From the IMG/VR virus record IMGVR_UViG_3300037325_000356, positions 1 to 63,906 of that record: DNA of 63,906 nt; one strand, written 5' to 3'. The DNA comes from a virus. Its lineage: Duplodnaviria > Caudoviricetes. This document shows, piece after piece, positions 60,723 to 63,906 of this stretch; within the stretch, counting starts at the first letter, position 1; each line of letters starts with the position of its first letter. Below the pieces are notes generated by a model, which had not been told where the DNA came from, ran no database searches, and saw only the letters and a program-made list of their open reading frames with translations. A program made the translations under genes and the position numbers.

Positions 60723-61655
60723 CTAGATTCTGAGAACAGCGATCGCGCCGTAAACTTCGGGTTCACCTGCAATATTAGCGGGTGCTCCTAGCGTGTTTAA
60801 AGCTATTGGGTTTGTGGCTTCAACCATTGTCTCGATCGAGAAACTATTCGCGCTTGAAAGCGTAAACGCCGCCTCAAAATAAGAGAAGCCGTTGAAATCG
60901 TCACCTGACAAGGTGGAAGCGACGTTAGAGCCTTTGTAGATGGTATTTGTAGTTCTATTTACAAATTGAGACTTGAACCGTCCACAGACTGCACAACTGA
61001 TATATCCCCAAACAACGTAAGAGCCCGGTTGTAGCGTGACTCTGCCGTTAGAAAGTCCGATCGAACTGGTACTCTTTACTGTCGTTGTGAAACCTCTTTC
61101 TACCCAAATAGAGGGAGCCGCAGATCCGCCACCTGTACCTGTCGCTGCTTGTATTTGATAGCAAGCTGTCGCCATCCTGTCAGATCCGCTCGGTGAATTG
61201 CTCCAACCAAAAGCCCCATTACTTGTAACTTCTATGACTTTACCCTGTTGCTTTCCTAATGTTACCAACTCCGCAAGCCTAGGGGAAAATTCTAGAACCG
61301 AAACGCCCACTACATACTGATCCGACTCAATCTTTAGGTTTGTTGCGTTAGTTGATAGCGCAGGATATTCTGTCAATCTGATCGGTATTAATTCCTCTAT
61401 TGTTGTTAGTTTCTCTCGTGATTGTTGATTCTGAGTGAAAGTGTTTGTCTGTAAAGTTCTTAATGATTGAAGGCTTGTTAGATAGGCTGTCGCTGCTGTT
61501 ATCTGTACGTTCAAAGCTGCTAAATGTGCAGAGGCCTCTGTAGTTGCATTTTCGATTACTGTCTTGTTTGCGAGATTTAAAGCAGACAGCTCGTTAACTA
61601 TCTGATTGAAATTAGCAGCAAGGTTTGTATCTGTTCTTTCTAACTGGTTAACCAT
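60723..61655 (-). CDS. Fibre-like virion protein (paralogue 3 of 3)
   Basis: LAELVTLGKQQG, GTGGG...WVERGFTT...TLQPGSY, EVYG. Confidence 0.65.
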   Translation of the reverse strand: MVNQLERTDTNLAANFNQIVNELSALNLANKTVIENATTEASAHLAALNVQITAATAYLTSLQSLRTLQTNTFTQNQQSREKLTTIEELIPIRLTEYPALSTNATNLKIESDQYVVGVSVLEFSPRLAELVTLGKQQGKVIEVTSNGAFGWSNSPSGSDRMATACYQIQAATGTGGGSAAPSIWVERGFTTTVKSTSSIGLSNGRVTLQPGSYVVWGYISCAVCGRFKSQFVNRTTNTIYKGSNVASTLSGDDFNGFSYFEAAFTLSSANSFSIETMVEATNPIALNTLGAPANIAGEPEVYGAIAVLRI

Positions 61656-61660
61656 TCTTT

Positions 61661-62023
61661 TTACCTGACTTTTTGTGAAGCGTCTTCTATTAAGTTAACA
61701 TCTATTACCATCCGAGTGATAATTCCGTTTAATTCCTTGCTGTATACTGCATCTATTTTTGCGATGCCGAAAATACCTTCTAGATCGGTTCCCGGTTGCC
61801 CAAAACCAAAACCACGAGCCGTCCCTAAGTCCGCAGCGTCACGCCACAATTTAACCCGCTGTCTTGAATTTGCACCGTTAAAATTCAACCGCAATTTTGC
61901 CGCCCGCGCTTTTCTTCCCAAAAACTGAGAAGACCTAAACCCGGTGATTATATTGTACTCGTCTGCAAATTCGCATGATATTAATTCTTGGTCATGAATT
62001 GTTATCGTTCCAAAAAATGCCAT
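61661..62023 (-). CDS. Tail tube initiator (P2 gpU-like)
   Basis: QFLG...LRLNF...GIFGI...IDVNLIE. Confidence 0.6.
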   Translation of the reverse strand: MAFFGTITIHDQELISCEFADEYNIITGFRSSQFLGRKARAAKLRLNFNGANSRQRVKLWRDAADLGTARGFGFGQPGTDLEGIFGIAKIDAVYSKELNGIITRMVIDVNLIEDASQKVR

Positions 62024-62092
62024 TGACAAATCCTCAATTGTATGTAAAGCTTTTATGTACACAGACAAAACCAAGAGACAATAGTTGACATA

Positions 62093-62500
62093 ATGATGTG
62101 TAGTCAATGCCATCTCAACCCAAGACCCGCCGCGACTGTCTCCACTTGCAATCATACACGTTTTGATTCTTGGTGCGATGAATGCTTTGTTACTCGAAAG
62201 CTAACCGATATTTTCCCACAATGTACCAAAGAGGATATCGACAATTTAGAGAGTATTCAAAAAGACAGAAAGCAGAAAAGATTCGACAAGGTGCAGATCA
62301 CCGAGTTGACATCAAAGCTAGCAAAACTTAGACGCGAAAAGACAGGCGGTTTCGATTATACCTACGGTGCTAAGGCAGAGACTGAATCTGATTTACTTGA
62401 CGAACTCGATAAACTCTCAAAACGTACAAAAAGACAAGCCTCTGACACTGAATTGCATCGGCAACAACTCGAAAGTATCTATGATTATCTAGACGATTAA
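62093..62500 (+). CDS. Hypothetical zinc-finger protein
   Basis: CSQC...CNH...CDEC; followed by a terminator. Confidence 0.6.
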   Translation: MMCSQCHLNPRPAATVSTCNHTRFDSWCDECFVTRKLTDIFPQCTKEDIDNLESIQKDRKQKRFDKVQITELTSKLAKLRREKTGGFDYTYGAKAETESDLLDELDKLSKRTKRQASDTELHRQQLESIYDYLDD

Positions 62501-62554
62501 ACTACAACAAAAAACCCGTCAAATCTTAGACGGGTTTTTTGTATCTGTTCGCAA

Positions 62555-63304
62555 TCAAGAGTAAAAGGCGATCGCGTCAGTGACAGCTATTTGCGGTTCC
62601 AGCCCTCTGTCTATCAACCTCACTGCGTGACCTTCAATTCTGTCTATCAACACCAAAGATGCGGCACTATGGGTACTTCTCAGTTCATCTCTGTCGCACG
62701 ATCGCTCTGCACAAAGTTTGGAGGCTGTTTTCCCGAATAGCGATCGGTTGATTTTGTCTGAGCAATTCGAGTACACGAACTTTCGGTAATTCTCCGAGAC
62801 CTCGTTAGTCTCCAAATATTCCTTTATTGCGTCTGTCAAAGTGCGACGGGTAATTTTCCCGGCTAGTCGGGCATTAGTCTTAGCCTCTGCCGCGCCCTGT
62901 TCATAAATCCGACCAAACCGATCGTCAATAATGATATCTAAAGTTGTGGCAATTAATGCCGTGACGATCGCGCCTGCAAGAATATTGTTCTGTTTGTCAT
63001 GGTATCGGTAATAGATGGCTGCGCTTGTGGTATCCCACAGGTTGAGCTTTGACTTACCGCCTGACTCCATTTTGTACTGCCCTTGCAACGTTGTGAAACC
63101 CGCTCCCAGCATAGCTTTGAGGTCTTCAGACAGCCGATTTTGCAACGTTGTGGAACGGTTCAATCCGATACTTTCTGCAAGCCCTGCACCTGAGAGATAA
63201 TTGATAAATTTCCCGGTAGTTGAAGAGATTTGATTAGCCGTGTAAGCGTCGATCGCGATCGAGCCGATGTAGATTTCTGTCTTGAAAACTGTTAGAATTG
63301 TCAT
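62555..63304 (-). CDS. Antirepressor-like DNA-binding protein
   Basis: NYLSGAGLAESIG N-domain; C-domain shared with 6008-6724. Confidence 0.7.
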   Translation of the reverse strand: MTILTVFKTEIYIGSIAIDAYTANQISSTTGKFINYLSGAGLAESIGLNRSTTLQNRLSEDLKAMLGAGFTTLQGQYKMESGGKSKLNLWDTTSAAIYYRYHDKQNNILAGAIVTALIATTLDIIIDDRFGRIYEQGAAEAKTNARLAGKITRRTLTDAIKEYLETNEVSENYRKFVYSNCSDKINRSLFGKTASKLCAERSCDRDELRSTHSAASLVLIDRIEGHAVRLIDRGLEPQIAVTDAIAFYS

Positions 63305-63417
63305 CAGTTCGCCTGCTTTATAGGTTGACTCATGCACCGGAAATTCAAGTTTCGCGGTGTTTTTTTATTGTAGCATAATAGCAAAGGTTTGCACTAAAAT
63401 GCGTTAAGGAAGTGTTG

Positions 63418-63689
63418 AGCTTGTGGTATCCCACAGGTTGAGCTTTGACCATGAGTTTTGAGTGTTTTTGTACTGCCCTTGTAACGTGGTAAAACCCGCT
63501 CCCAGCATAGCTTTGAGGTCTTCAGACAGCCGATTTTGTAACGTGGTATTTCTGTGTAATCCGATACTTTCTGCAAGCCCCGCACCTGAGAGATAGTTGA
63601 TAAATTTGCCTGTCGCGGGGTCAATCTCATTAGCCGTGTAACCGTCAACTGTTACCGCGCCGATCGCAAATTCTGTCTTGAAAACTGTC
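63418..63689 (-). pseudogene. Silent variant N-domain of 62555-63304
   Basis: TVFKTEFAIGAVTVDGYTANEID...KLNLWDTTS; lacks the native start and lies upstream of the promoter. Confidence 0.85.
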
Positions 63690-63753
63690 TGGCAGTCAAA
63701 CATTTTAACTACAATCGTACTATGCACATAGCTAGAACCTAGCAAAAATGCTT

Positions 63754-63906
63754 AGAAGCGAGTTCACAATTCCCTCACCGTTACGGTAGAGTTTGTCGTT
63801 TCTACCTTCTTACTATTAGTAAGAGATCTAAACGACAGACACAGCAACTAGAACTCGCTTCTAGTCAGTATTTTACCTGACTCTAGTATTGGGGACTTTG
63901 GGCAAG
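63754..63906 (+). repeat. Hairpin element copy 22 (same as copy 1 if circular)
   Basis: Same nested palindrome. Confidence 0.95.

Noticed and set aside
2548-63862. Hairpin elements as a CRISPR array or a simple MITE
   Set aside because: They are too long and dispersed for CRISPR. Shared flanking modules, no consistent target duplication and no transposase argue against independent transposition, although this is not excluded.
1-63906. tRNA, rRNA, cas, integrase and transposase genes
   Set aside because: None recognised by eye; their absence needs confirming with tRNAscan and HMM searches.

Overview
The window reads as a near-complete or complete temperate myovirus-like (P2/Mu-type tail) phage or phage-plasmid of a cyanobacterium. 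HIP1 GCGATCGC is frequent, and the first and last 121 nt overlap. It encodes terminase, portal, a head-tail block, a primase-helicase replicon, a beta-clamp and two methylases, but no recognisable integrase. Five features are unusual. (1) There are 22 copies of a ~108-112 bp nested-palindrome element that divide the genome into promoter-gene-terminator cassettes, and virion genes are scattered on both strands. (2) About nine antirepressor-like (KilA-N/BRO/related) genes are accompanied by silent variant gene segments. Several of these genes and segments carry a co-varying direct repeat spaced 56-58 bp inside the coding sequence. (3) There are four GCGTTCAG-rich arrays, one directly downstream of a membrane P-loop ATPase operon. 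(4) There is a Cas-less mini CRISPR-like array. (5) A tail chaperone has a -1 frameshift site. All calls come from reading motifs by eye; no database searches were run.
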